This document shows positions 23,048 through 36,519 of a stretch of 64,000 nucleotides of DNA, in pieces. Source of the stretch: Octopus sinensis. Lineage: Eukaryota. Position numbers and translations under genes: made by a program. Location of the stretch: assembly GCF_006345805.1 (NCBI RefSeq), contig NC_043011.1, forward strand, positions 49,860,464 through 49,924,463, read 5' to 3'. Below the pieces are notes generated by a model, which searched no databases, was not told the origin of the DNA, and saw only the letters and a list, made by a program, of their open reading frames with translations. How positions within the stretch are numbered: the stretch's first letter is position 1; the number at the start of each line of letters is the position of its first letter.

Positions 23048-23765
23048 CATGCTGGCTTTGCTGGGTGGAGGTGTTTATCTCCCCTGTTTGAAAACTTAAG
23101 GACACAGAACGTTGTGTCACATAGACAACGGGAAACGGGTTAAATAGCAGCAGTATTCTTCCCTTTCCTGGGACTGCTACATTAACTTGCCAACGAACCA
23201 TCATTTCATCGTGCTGTTTCTGTATAAGTCTTTCTGAGAGATTCAGAAATACAATATTTTTAACATATATATATAAATATATATATGTATGTGTGTGTAT
23301 GAGTGTGTGTGTGTGTGTGTGCGTGTGTATGTATGTATATGTAACTATACACACATACATACATATGGTTATACATACAACCCTCCCCCCCCCCAAAAAA
23401 ACAACAACCAACCTACACGCACATACATATGCAAAAGAATCGACATACACACAAAATTCAGGATGAAGCTTCCCTCTGTGGCAAACAATCGCGCGAAACA
23501 TGAAATGCCCGTTAGAAACGCGATTCGTCGTTCTTCAGAAACGTGCAACGAACGGGAAATCGAGATTTGCAACAGATTTATGTGCTTCAAATCTACATCC
23601 ATTGTATATATCTTTCTACCGTACGTCTTTTGTTAACTGAGCCACATGCGCTTACAAACACATACACACATATTTATATACTCACATATTTGTGTGCGTC
23701 TATGTATAATATATATATATGTGCATACATATATATATAAACCTTATATATATGTATATATATAC

Positions 23766-23798
<33 letters not shown>

Positions 23799-24039
23799 GG
23801 TATATATATGTATATATAAACATATATATATAACACAAACGTATATTTACATTTAAGATCACATACATATTTTTTATATATATTTATATATGTATATACA
23901 TATTTATATACATTTGGATATATATATATATATAATATATATACTATTTATCTCTATATATGTGTGTATGTTTTTATATACATGCACATAAATAATGTAT
24001 CAATATATCTATATGTACATAAATGATTTTATATATACC

Positions 24040-24071
<32 letters not shown>

Positions 24072-24085
24072 TATATATGCATGTG

Positions 24086-24116
<31 letters not shown>

Positions 24117-25095
24117 AAGTTAATCCAAACAAGAAAACACAAAAAAGCACAAAAACGCGAGATCGGGAACAAATATATATATATATATATATATACATGT
24201 ATTTTACTTCTGCGGATTAGACTGTCATTGACAAGAAAAATAGAGAAGAACTGGTTGAATTATCTGGGAATCCGTATGTATACGTATGTATGTGTGCGAG
24301 CGCGTATGTGGTGGTTGTATGTGTAAGCGTTTCTGTGAGCGTCGAACGTTGCTAGTGCATATTATTAAAATAAATCATATATAATTCACTTAAATACACA
24401 TAGATATTAATTCATTGTGATGAGCGTATGTTTAGGAATTCCAACAAAGGCAGTCGCGTGGGATTGTGGTATTTTTTATTACAAACCCCTGCGTCCTCTT
24501 TGTTCCATTCTTGCACGATTCCTTTCATTCGTATTCTAACCATTTTGTCATTGCATACGCAAGCATTCATACCACCTCACCACACACAGCGCGTGCAATA
24601 TATATATATATACCTATATATATATTATATTACATATATATAGTATATATATATATATATATAATATATATATATTAATATATATATATTATATATGCAC
24701 ACGCGCACATAGATACATACATACAGCCATACGCACAACACACACGCATACGTATATATGTATAAAAATAATATAACAGTATATATACACGCATATGTAT
24801 ACCTGTATAAGTATGTCTACATATCTATGTATAGATAAACATTTATATGCATGTATATGTATATATGTGTACGTATATATGTATATGTGCATGTGTATAT
24901 GTACATATATAATATATATTATACGCATCTACATATATATGTATATATGATGCATACGTGCGTGTGTATATATACATATATGTATATATGTATGTATATA
25001 TATGTGTGTGTGTATGTGTTGTACGTATATATTTAAGTATGTATGTATATATGTATTTATATATATATATAACAATGCATGTATACATACATATA

Positions 25096-25144
<49 letters not shown>

Positions 25145-26475
25145 CATACATACACACACACACACGAACAGGTATGTGTGTATTTATGTTTATATGGAAG
25201 CATATATTTCTTATGAAAACACAAGTTTCCTTTACATTTCCTCTTGATGCTCAACACGTTTGCGTACAAGATATAAATTATCTTCAGCTACGGCGTTGAT
25301 TTTCATACATGGAAATTTCAGATGAAGAAAAGTTCTATCTCCTACTAAATAATACAAATGTAAAAGGTAGGATACCACTTCCTAGACATTAGTCCCTCTT
25401 TTTTTATGCTATCAATATAAAAACGGAGTTAATACAATGTTTGAAATAAAGACTTGAAACCTCTTACAGTATATTTTGAAGGCCACCGAATGCTTGTCTA
25501 CGTTCGTTAGGAAATCGCGCAGTGTCTTGTTCGTTTTCATTGCCCGGTATCCTGTGCTGCCAGAGCCTCGAATTGAGTGGGCAATTTTTTGTGGATGTAG
25601 GTTGCTGAAAATTTTTGTTTATACTTCTTCCATTAAAATGCGTTCATCGTACGTGTCTGTGTACGTGCATATCTATCTGTGTGTCTCTGTGTCTGTGTGT
25701 ATGTGTATAACAAGGGATGTACAATCGAAAATGTATGTAACTTTTGTTATATAAATTCACCCCTTGTACCTAAGTCTAATACACTTTAATTTTGGCACTG
25801 TTCTGCATGACCGCTAAAAGAAGAAAGTGCCTGGTGTGCACATACCAGACCGTGTAGTCAGGAAGGGTATTTTGGGCTTTGTAAGCATTTCGCCCGATGT
25901 GCTAACGATTCTGCCACCTCCTTGCCATTAAAAAGGTAATGAGAGCGAAAATGGCACAAACAATTTTGTTCGGTGAGCTAATGATTCTCTCAGCTCGCCG
26001 CAAGTAACTCATACATTACTAGAGCAAGTATTAGGGACTAAATACAACGAACGTTTTGTTCCAGCAGGGCTGAAAAATCAATAAGGAGAAACCAGTAAAA
26101 TTATAGTAGAAAAGTGCTGAATGGGTAAAAAATATTTCAGATTTATTTCATGGCTCCCTCCTTGCGTCAAAGAACAACTCCTCAATTTGAAATGGCCTGT
26201 CTGGAATTTACAGGATATTACGTCATATAACTTAATTCCAGATAAGAAGGAATCTATTTTGATTTTGTTTAGAATATATTGTTAATAAGATCAAGACCCG
26301 TTTAGTAGCACATAACTGAACAATATTTATATTTTATAGAATAATATAATATATAGGTATGCTCTCGTGTGTGCCTGTGCGTGAATATCTTTGCTTACTT
26401 ATACATGTAGCATACATAAATGTATATATCTATACATACACACACACAGAGGCACACACACACATATATATATAT

Positions 26476-26507
<32 letters not shown>

Positions 26508-26513
26508 TATATA

Positions 26514-26580
<67 letters not shown>

Positions 26581-26592
26581 TATATAAAGAGA

Positions 26593-26638
26593 TACTATAA
26601 CAAAATTCTGTTCGACACAATTGTGTATATATATATAT

Positions 26639-26670
<32 letters not shown>

Positions 26671-26880
26671 ATATATTGTGTGTATATATATATATATATG
26701 TACACACACACACATACACCAATTGTGTCGAACAGAATTTTGTTATAGTAACTCTGACGACGAATCGACTAATGCAATAACCTAACATCTACTAAACTTA
26801 CTAACACCAACCAATCAGCGATAACCATAACTAACACTCACCCAATCATCGCTGAGAGTACAAACTAATTTCAAAGAACG
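26593..26880. repeat. 31-bp perfect inverted repeat bracketing a (TA)/(CA) microsatellite, followed by CTAAC-rich degenerate repeats
   Basis: TACTATAACAAAATTCTGTTCGACACAATTG (26593-26623) / CAATTGTGTCGAACAGAATTTTGTTATAGTA (26720-26750). Confidence 0.9.
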
Positions 26881-27163
26881 AAAGCATGAAACTGCAATTA
26901 AAATGAGTGAAATGAAAGAACGTATCATATTTTAATTGGTAATAAAAAAAAGTGATTTTTTTTGCTTGAGTTGGTAAAGGGCCACAAATTGGTAGTAAAA
27001 AACGATAATTGCGTATATAATATTAAATATACACCATTATATTTGTATACATTTCTGTGCGTAGGTAGGTTCTTTCTGTTTTCATTTATATAATGTATGT
27101 GGGAGTGGGTGTGTCTGTGTGCGTGTGGGTGTATGTAAATAGAACATGTTACAGTATGTGTGT

Positions 27164-27201
<38 letters not shown>

Positions 27202-27921
27202 CTCTTTTTCACTGCCTAGGCGACGTCAATAAAATTGTGCATATAATGTCTGCAAATATATATAAAAATGGAAGAAGGCAATCACATACATATATATAAA
27301 CATATATGCACGTCTATCTATGTATATATGAATGTATATATACATAAACATACGTACATAATATACACTATATTTATACAGTATATAAAGTATACACAAC
27401 AATATATTAACTGCGTATTAGCCATGTGCATATATGTGTGCATGTAAGCTTATACGTATGTTTTTTTATGATTATATGTGAACTTCTATAATGTATATAC
27501 AAGTTCTTTGAGACACACACACATACACATACTCATATTCCCCTACACATACACGAGCTATATTACATAGATATTTAGGTAGGTCGAAACGCGGAGTAGA
27601 TGAAACAAAGACGACTGAAGAAGGGGAATTTTCCTTTTATTGTATGTCCTGTACTCTATTTTTCCGTTTTTTAAGAAAAATGGCCATTTCCTTGGTTTTG
27701 TGTTTTTGTTTTCGTTTCTCATTGTTTTCGACGTTTTTTTTCTTGGTGTCATGTACCCATATAGGCATGTATATATACATGTAGAGTTAGGTACGTACAT
27801 ATATGTATGTATATATGCATATGTTTTATTTTATTTATTAATTTACATATATATAATATATATATATATTATATATATGCTCGCTTATATATGCATATGT
27901 GTGTGTATATGTACACATATA

Positions 27922-28706
27922 TGCGAAGGATACCCAAAAGTAACCAGAAACGTTCTCTGTGGGACAAATCCTTTGTATTCCAGGCTTCCGCCGCTAGAAG
28001 CCACTTGATACAACCCTAACGCATGAGGCTGCTAACTGGCGTCGTCGTACGAGGTCGTACTGTCACGTGCTGTATCTTTGTTTTGCAGTTCCTCTCCCCT
28101 ATTCGGCGATTTTTACCATGAGTGAAACGAAGGAAACAGCGAGCGAAACAGTTGTCATGGTTCAAACAGCTTACAAGGATGCTGCCATGTGCAATACAAA
28201 AGTTTACAAGTGGTTTCCACGCTTTCTAACTTTTTACTCGAAGACAAACCTCGTTCAAGACGACCGTCGACCTCCCGAAATAATAGAAACATCATGACAA
28301 TTGATGAACGGATTTGGAAGACCGTCACCGAACATTTAACGAACTTATTGATATGACTGATGTGTCCTGGAGTTTCTACCCATGAATTTTGAGTTAGGAG
28401 TGCGTGTCGTGAACTGAAAGAACAAATGGAAGTTGATCCGGAACTCTTTGCGAAGGTCATCACTGATGACGAAGCCGGAGGTAGAGAGGTTACAGATGTG
28501 GAAGAGGTGAAGAATAAAACGATGGAGGAAATAAACGGTATCAATTCGCAAGAGTTCCAGCTTTGCTTCGAATAGTGGAAAATGCATGTTAAGTGATGTA
28601 TTGCTTCAAATGGAGAATACTTTGAATTATATAAATGATTAAACACGTAAAACAATGTGAACAAAATGATATTGTAAAATTCGCGTTTCGTTTGTGTAAA
28701 TCCTCG
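27922..28706 (+). pseudogene. Internally deleted mariner element with both ends
   Basis: KETASETVVMVQTAYKDAAMCNTKVYKWF..LEDKPRSRRPSTS (HTH region), LFAKVITDDE, then C-terminal FQLCFE*WK..CIASNGEYFE; diverged (C)GAAGGATACCCAAAAG and ...AAATCCTCG ends followed by TA. Confidence 0.88.
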
Positions 28707-28803
28707 TATATCCACGTATGTATACACCAAATATATATAGATATATACACACACATACACACACACACAAACACATGTATATATGCATATATATATATGT
28801 ATG

Positions 28804-28835
<32 letters not shown>

Positions 28836-28910
28836 CGAAGTATATAATTATGTATACATACATATATATATATATATATATATGTGTGTATGTATATATA
28901 TATATATATT

Positions 28911-29694
28911 AGAGGGAAACCACTATGTGGACACCCATATGCTAGAAATAGATCCATTACGGTCTTACCACCAAGAAATGTTCTCAAGAAAAAATTAGCA
29001 AAACAACCAAAACGTAATCGAGCAAGACAAAAGAAAAGGTAATAAAAATATGGATTATTCGTATACATGTTTCACTATCAACAAATTACGCAATCTTGAT
29101 AACGTAACTTACTTAATTGTCCGTAGATCATCGGTATGACCGTCCAAGGTGAATATAATTTGCAGGACTGCATACTAGGACGTCCACACAAAGTCAGACT
29201 TGTAAAACAGTCCTACCCATTACACACGTGGCTACTATTTCAAATGTCCTCGTTTTGGCGAGCTAAATTACCGGAAAAACTGATGCTGCAGATAATACTT
29301 TACTACAGCGGCCTTTGCCGGCTAGAGAACTTATTAATTTAATTTTATATTAACGAGGACATTTGAAATAATAGCCACGAGTGTAATGGGTGGAACTGTT
29401 TTACAAGTCTGACTTTGTGTGGACGTCCTAGTATGCAGTCCTGCAACTATATTCACCTTGGACGGTCGTACCGATGATCTACGGACAATTACGTAAGTTA
29501 CGTAAATAAGACTGCATAATTTGTTGATAGTGAAACATGTATACGAATAGTCCATATTTTTATTACTTTTTCTTTTTGTCTTGCTCGATTACGTTTTGGT
29601 TGTTTTGCTAAGTTTTCTAGATAACATTTCTTGGTGGTGAGACCGTAGCGGATCTATTTCTAGCATATGGGTGTCCACATAGTGGTTTCCCTCT
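28911..29694. repeat. Large fold-back element: ~344-bp arms, 97-bp spacer, flanked by (TA)n on both sides
   Basis: AGAGGGAAACCACTATGTGGACACCCATATGCTAGAAATAGATCC... (28911-29254) versus its reverse complement (29352-29694). Confidence 0.95.
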
Positions 29695-29814
29695 AATATA
29701 TATATATAATACAGTTTTACTGAACCTTCAGTTTTTTTATACTAGACCATTGGTGTGAAATCGATGTTAATCAAATTAATATCTAATTTCTCACCCTTAT
29801 TTTAAGTTTTAAAT

Positions 29815-29846
<32 letters not shown>

Positions 29847-31750
29847 ATATTATATATATATATATATATTATGTATGTATGTATGTATATATTATATATT
29901 ATATTATATTTATTATATTATATTATATTATATTATATATATTATTATCATATAATCAGTAATTAAGATTCAGTTAAATTAAGTACCTAAGTTGAAGCAC
30001 AAGTCAGTCCGCTATTATCCGCACAGTTCCGAGTAAGGTAAATAAAATCAAAATAAGCAAAGGATATCAAGTAGTGATGCACGACCACCGTTTGAAGCGG
30101 CTCCTTTTCATTGAACAATGCAACCATTACATCAATTTAAATGCAATGACATCTCCAGTTTCACAAATAAATAAATAGAATTTTAAGAAGTAAAACACAT
30201 TAATATATTTTTTCTCAAATATTTTAACAAAGCAAGTAGCTGGAAGAAATTCATATTGTCGCTATTGCAGGTAAAAATAGACTACCCTAGTGTTGTCATA
30301 GCGTTGTAGGGAATTGTAATTCATTTCTAATTCATCTCTTTATTAAATACTAAATCTAACACTAGAAAACTGTGTCTATTTTGAATAAAGGACAAGAGTG
30401 AGTTGGCAGCTCATGGCTAGGCATGGTCATAAATATTATCATACGCATCTTTTTTCCTCAGGGAGGAAATAAGATATTATGAGTAGTCAGTTGGATATAA
30501 GGATCTGTCTGTAAAAAGAGGCAGGGTAGGGGTAGGCTTTAAATCATGATGTTAATTACCAGTTAAAGGGGCAAGACGCTAAGAAACTTAGGATGTTAAT
30601 TCTGAGGAAATTCTAATTTGGGGTACAATGGGTGATTGTTAATAAACAATACTGTTATGTCGTATTAAAATAAAACTTTAGAATTTAAATTGATATCATA
30701 ACCAAAATAGGTAAAAGGTGCTTATATATCAATTATAAACATTAAAAAGGGGGGATTATATAGAATCAGTTTAATATTCATTCATGTACTTAATTATTTA
30801 ATTATTAGGTGGTAAAGACTCTTGAGAGCGTATGTATTCATTTATGGTAACACTACGTGGCTCCGGGTTACCCTTAACGGATATCTATATATTGCAAACT
30901 TTTTTCTACTGCTCCGATCTGGGCTTAACTTGAACGTCTCCAACACCACCTCCAGCAATACAAACGCCACATGCACCTCCAACACCATCAGTAACAACGC
31001 CTTCAACTCCGGTCCTCTTACAAAGTCTCAGGTTATATGAGCGCTAAAATAATGTACCTATACATCATTTCAAACTGCACGGGAAAAGTTTCGTCTATGT
31101 AACAATAAGTAGAGTATACACTTTTTATAAATATAAATACGCGGATATACACACATACATAAATATACACAGTGATGTAAACGTGTATATATAAATGCAG
31201 ATACATACAACCGTAAACACATATATGAATGTAAACAGATTTTGCTACATATGCAAATACACACCGATACGTAAATAGAAGGACCAGTTTTTTGCTTGTA
31301 TATATGTTAAATGTTGGTTTTACAAACGTTGCAATATGTATAAGTCTGGAAACATGTATATATGTATATTTAATGCGTGTGCACGTGTGTTTTTGAATGA
31401 GCGGGAATTTCGCTCAATCTATCTGTGTATCCAGCATTCTATTCATCTATGTAGTTTCTCTGTGTTTTTTTCCGTGTCTTTGTCTATTTATCAGTCTACC
31501 TAACTTTGTTTCTTTTTCTTTTATCTATAATTTATATATCTCTGTGTGTTTTATGTGTGTGTGTGTATAGATGCATGTATGCATGCTTATATATGTGTGT
31601 GTGTGTATAGAAGGGATGTGTGTACGTTTTGGATCATTTGAGAATAGTTATATATTTATCTGTGTAGTTTGAATGTGTGTACATATAGACATAAATACAT
31701 ATTTACATATCTTATATAAATACATACAAATATATATATACATATATTTG

Positions 31751-31809
<59 letters not shown>

Positions 31810-32314
31810 CGCATATATATAGATATATATGTATATATGTACGCACACCTATATGTAGATTTGTGCACGTATGCATATATGCATACATACACATTCATAC
31901 TTACATGCATGCGTGCATACATTCATACATACATACATATACACATAACAGATCAGCATTACCATGTAGCTTCATTAGGTGGTGGTGGGGGGGCAGGAAT
32001 CAAAGCAAGAGAAAAGAAAAATACATTAAAATATTCAGGATTAACTAAGAAATAATTAAAGCGAAAAAGAATGCCGACTAAAATAGGAAAAAAAAAAAAC
32101 GACAATAAATATTTGTTTACCGATTCCTGCAAATATTTACCAAAAATACAAGCAAGCTCTCTCCAAAATTACTGCTTTCAAAACCTAAATCACAAAATTA
32201 TGAAAAATTGTAATAAAATTTTTTAAATGAGTTTTCGTAAATCTAGTTTTAGGAAGAAAAGTGCATAAAAAAATCATAAAAGTCGTTTATGCATATATGT
32301 ATGTATGTGTATAT

Positions 32315-32347
<33 letters not shown>

Positions 32348-32584
32348 TATATAATTTTTTTTACAGTAGTTTCAGCTCAGAGATGCGGAGATACAATATA
32401 ATGTATGTGTGTATGTATGTGCTTACGAGCACTTATTAAATTGTAAATAACCATTCGTTTGCTAAAAGAAAAAACAAAATCAAGTGAAAATTTGAAAATT
32501 GAAATGCAAAGCTAAAAATACTGAGGAAGTATATTGCAGATGTTAGTTATGATAGAATATGTTTAGTATTGTTGTTTTTGCTTT

Positions 32585-32602
32585 ATATTAATTATTATTA
32601 TA

Positions 32603-32645
<43 letters not shown>

Positions 32646-32654
32646 TTATTATTA

Positions 32655-32689
<35 letters not shown>

Positions 32690-32730
32690 TATTATTATTA
32701 TTATTATTATTATCATTATTATTATTATTA

Positions 32731-32779
<49 letters not shown>

Positions 32780-32781
32780 CA

Positions 32782-32820
<39 letters not shown>

Positions 32821-32831
32821 TATTATTATTA

Positions 32832-32868
<37 letters not shown>

Positions 32869-32880
32869 CATCATTATTAT
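32585..32880. repeat. (ATT)n microsatellite
   Basis: Direct inspection. Confidence 0.95.
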
Positions 32881-33454
32881 AGTCATCATCGTCGTTCGAC
32901 GTCATCTTTCTCATCATTACCATCATTATTTATAATATTCTCTTACTTTTTTGTAATTCCCTTGCAGAAAATTTGCTTCATGTGACTGTTACTTCCGGTG
33001 CACAGACACACGCTCACACGCATATACGTAGACACACATATAAATGTATATATGGATGCATGTATATGTATGAGTGTTTAGATGGATGGATGGATGGATG
33101 GATGGATGGATGGATGGGTGGATTGATAGATTTGAGGATGGAAGCATTAGTAAGCATGCGCGCGCGCATACACACACACACACACACAGACACATATACA
33201 TAAATTCCTGGCTTCATAAGAACTGTACAAACTTTTAAAAGAACGTGAAATACTTATATTGGAGAGGAATATTGAATTCTGGAACAACATCAACTACAAA
33301 TATAAGGAATCCCATGTACTTATATGGTATCTGCGTTGGAAAAAGTTTGGGGGATAAAATGATATTCAAAGGCTGCACCTCAGGCGCGAACCCACATGTT
33401 CTGAAGAAAAACTTCGGCTATTTCTACCTAACAAGGACGTCTCCACCCACCAAC

Positions 33455-33705
33455 ATGTGGCTCTGTGGTAAGAAGCTTGCTTCCCAACCACAAGGTTCCG
33501 GGATTCAGTTCCACTGCTTGTCACTTTGGGCATGTGTCTCCTGCTTCAGACTCGGGCGGACCAAAGCCTCGTGAGTGGATTCGGTAGACGGAAAGTGAAA
33601 GCGACCCGTCGTATATGTGTGTGTTTGTCTTTGCGTCTGTGTTTCCGCGTGCGTATACATCCCCATAACTTAGCAGTTCGGCAAAATCTGTCAGATAAAA
33701 TAAGT
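33455..33705 (+). mobile_element. Diverged SINE family A
   Basis: GTGGCTCTGTGGTAAGAAGCTTGCTTCCCAACC...GTGAGTGGATTCGGTAGACGGAAAGTGAAA. Confidence 0.8.
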
Positions 33706-34859
33706 AAATAGGTAAGTCTAAGAGACCATAACAAGGCAAAAGATATGACTGGTGAAGACAATGCAACCAGCATATTACTGCCGTCACAGGCATAGACTAT
33801 AGATAAGGAGTGAGAAATGGATATCTCGGATGGAAATATGATTGCTGATTTGAGTATTTTAGTATGTTATGGGTGGTCTAAGAGACTAATCAGAGACCAC
33901 GTGTATTAACTAAAATATGGGAAGGTTTAAGCAGCTAATGATATACATGAAAATGGTAAGCAGGAGTGTGAGACTACGTGCCACCTTACCCTCCATATCT
34001 TCCGACTGAAAAAATAATATCTAGATGAGTGTTCTGAAACATCTGTTTCCTTAGGTTACAATGTTTATTCCGTAGTAATTTCAATGTAAGCATAGACGAT
34101 ATAAATGTCGTTTGGCTGGCCTGCGGGCAGGCTGGTTGGCTGTTTGGTTGTTTGGTTGTTTGGTTGGTTGCTGGGTTGCTTACTTGCTTGCTTGCTTGCT
34201 TAGACACTTGGTTGGTTTGTTGGGTGTTTTACCCATTCACACTTTACATCGCATAGAGAGTAATGATGGAGAATAAGAGAGATTCAGAAAGACATAACAT
34301 AAGAGGTGCCGGATTAGTAGTGGACGTAATAAGCTTGATTGCAAGCAATGACGAAAGGAATACTAAACACACACACACACACATACATATACACACACAC
34401 ACATACACTTGCAAATACATATACATATTCAGTGAGAGAAAAAGAATAACTGAGACACAGAACGAAAAGTAGGAGGTGAAGATTAAATAACAGAAATTAT
34501 GGAACGAGTTACACAAATGAGCAAAATTGTTTCAATTCAATTATTCTTATGGTATTAAATAAGTATACGCGTATTTCATTCGAAAATTAGAACTTCATCA
34601 TTTTTGTATAAGGACCAACACATTTGATAAACGTTAACTTGTAATTATTGTAATGTTTCCTATTATTACCCAAGATGGCGAGAGCACACGGCCTAAGTTA
34701 CCTATCATATTACAGGCAATGTTCTAGTTATGGTAACACAAGACAGTACAAGTACTCCAGTGGGGAATGGTACCTGCATGTTTATCTATCATTTGGACGA
34801 AACTTGATATAAAATGTTCTGTATGTATAGTGGCCTATTCATGACAAACATATTGGTTT

Positions 34860-35260
34860 TAGATTTTAGCACAAGGCCAGCATTTTCAGGGCAGGAGGAA
34901 GATCGATTATATCAACCCTAGTGTTCAACTGACACTTATTTTATCGACTCCAAGAGGATGAAAGATGAAGTCGACCTCGGCGAACTATGAATTCAGAAAG
35001 CTGAAGACGGACAAAATGCCGCTAAGCATTTTGTCCGGCGTGCTAACACTTCTGCCAGTTCCCCGCCTGACTCATGACAAAATATTTTGATTTCAATCTT
35101 TAGTACGAGGCTAGCAATTTTGAGGTAAGGGGTTGTTCGATTACATTGACACCAGTATTTAACTGGTACTTTACATACTTTAGCGACCCCCAAAGAATGA
35201 GAGCCAAAGTGGACATCGGCTAAATATGAACTCAGAACTTAAACATTGATGAAATGCCAC
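34860..35260 (-). mobile_element. Two tandem old Nin-domain SINE fragments
   Basis: TTTTATCGACTCCAAGAGGATGAAAGATGAAGTCGACCTCGGCG and GCGACCCCCAAAGAATGAGAGCCAAAGTGGACATCGGC. Confidence 0.7.
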
Positions 35261-35664
35261 GAAGTGTCTTTTCCTGGAATAATTAAGACTCTGCTACCTC
35301 GCTGCTTCATTCATAGCAAATATATTAGCCTTTCCTTATATGCTTTTGGTTTCTGTGGCTTAACGAAGATTGACAAATATTGGGATTCTTTTGTCGTTCA
35401 GAACACAGAAGGCCTTTGTCTTGGCGAAGAAGATAACTTCTGTGCGAAATGTCATCGATGATTTTGATGGCTATCATTTATCATGGTTTTGAAGGTTGGT
35501 AGTAATGGTAATGTTATTCATGAATGGTAAATGTTAATTACCGTAAGTCCTTTTCTATGTTTTGTGCTGTGACACTGCCATTATTCGTTCACCCCGATGA
35601 AGTGAGCATGAAGAGTTCCCATTGGTGAATGGTTTTAGTGGGACGGTTTACACACACACACATA

Positions 35665-35705
<41 letters not shown>

Positions 35706-35724
35706 TCATGTCCGTAGATGCATT

Positions 35725-35792
<68 letters not shown>

Positions 35793-36519
35793 CGTGTGTA
35801 TGTATATGTGTATTTATATATATATATATTTATATGTAATCTATTACGAGTACATGATTATCTATTTGTCTGTTTATCTATCTATCACCCTCTCTCTTTC
35901 TCCCTTCCTCTACATATATATAAATATATGTATATATATATGTGTGTGTTCCTGTGTGTCTATATATATATGTATATATATATATAGACACACACATATA
36001 TATATATATATATGTATGTATGTGTATATGTTTATATATATATATATGGATGTGTGTGTGTGTGTATTAGTAGTTCATATCCAAGTGGCACGCGCGTGCG
36101 CATGCGAGTGTTGGGGGTGGGGAGCGACTGCTTTTGCGTGTACGAAAGGTTATCGATGAGGTGAAGGATACTATGTTCTCCACTGAGCCTTGTGTGGTTA
36201 GAAATGACTGGCAGAAGGTCATGGGTGTTGAGAATAAAGAATGTTTTTGTCTATTTATCAAAATTAAAACAGACGATAGACTGTGGTCGGAGAGAATTGG
36301 TGAAATGTCGATTGGAGACAGCTTATCGCCACGCATGCGCACACACGCACGCACATACATACACACACGCACTTACGAAGGCATTCTCTGCCATGAAGCG
36401 ATTAGGCAATAAACATCCTTCCCAAAAGTTAAAAGATTAATCATGTTGATGGATGATCGATCTAGTTTCACAATAGGGAAATTTTATCAGGAATTCCGCA
36501 CGCATATATGTACCTCTAT

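Larger units (their letters stand above)
22548..23240 (+). mobile_element. Penelope-type pseudo-LTR / retrozyme-like cassette: one inverted partial copy plus two tandem copies (~333-bp spacing), each with a minimal hammerhead
   Basis: Minus copy ~22548-22662; plus copies ~22663-22925 and ~22958-23240, sharing CCAAGTTACTCCAGACTGA..AAACTAGTC..ATGCTGGCTTTGCT..CCTGTTTGAAAACTTAAGGACAC. Confidence 0.8.

Noticed and set aside
33245-33450. YIGE...HQLQI as another GIY-YIG remnant
   Set aside because: Similarity too weak to call without a profile search.
36134-36412. 92-aa ORF of non-repetitive sequence as a coding exon
   Set aside because: No recognisable homology or clear splice sites; both strands are equally uninformative.
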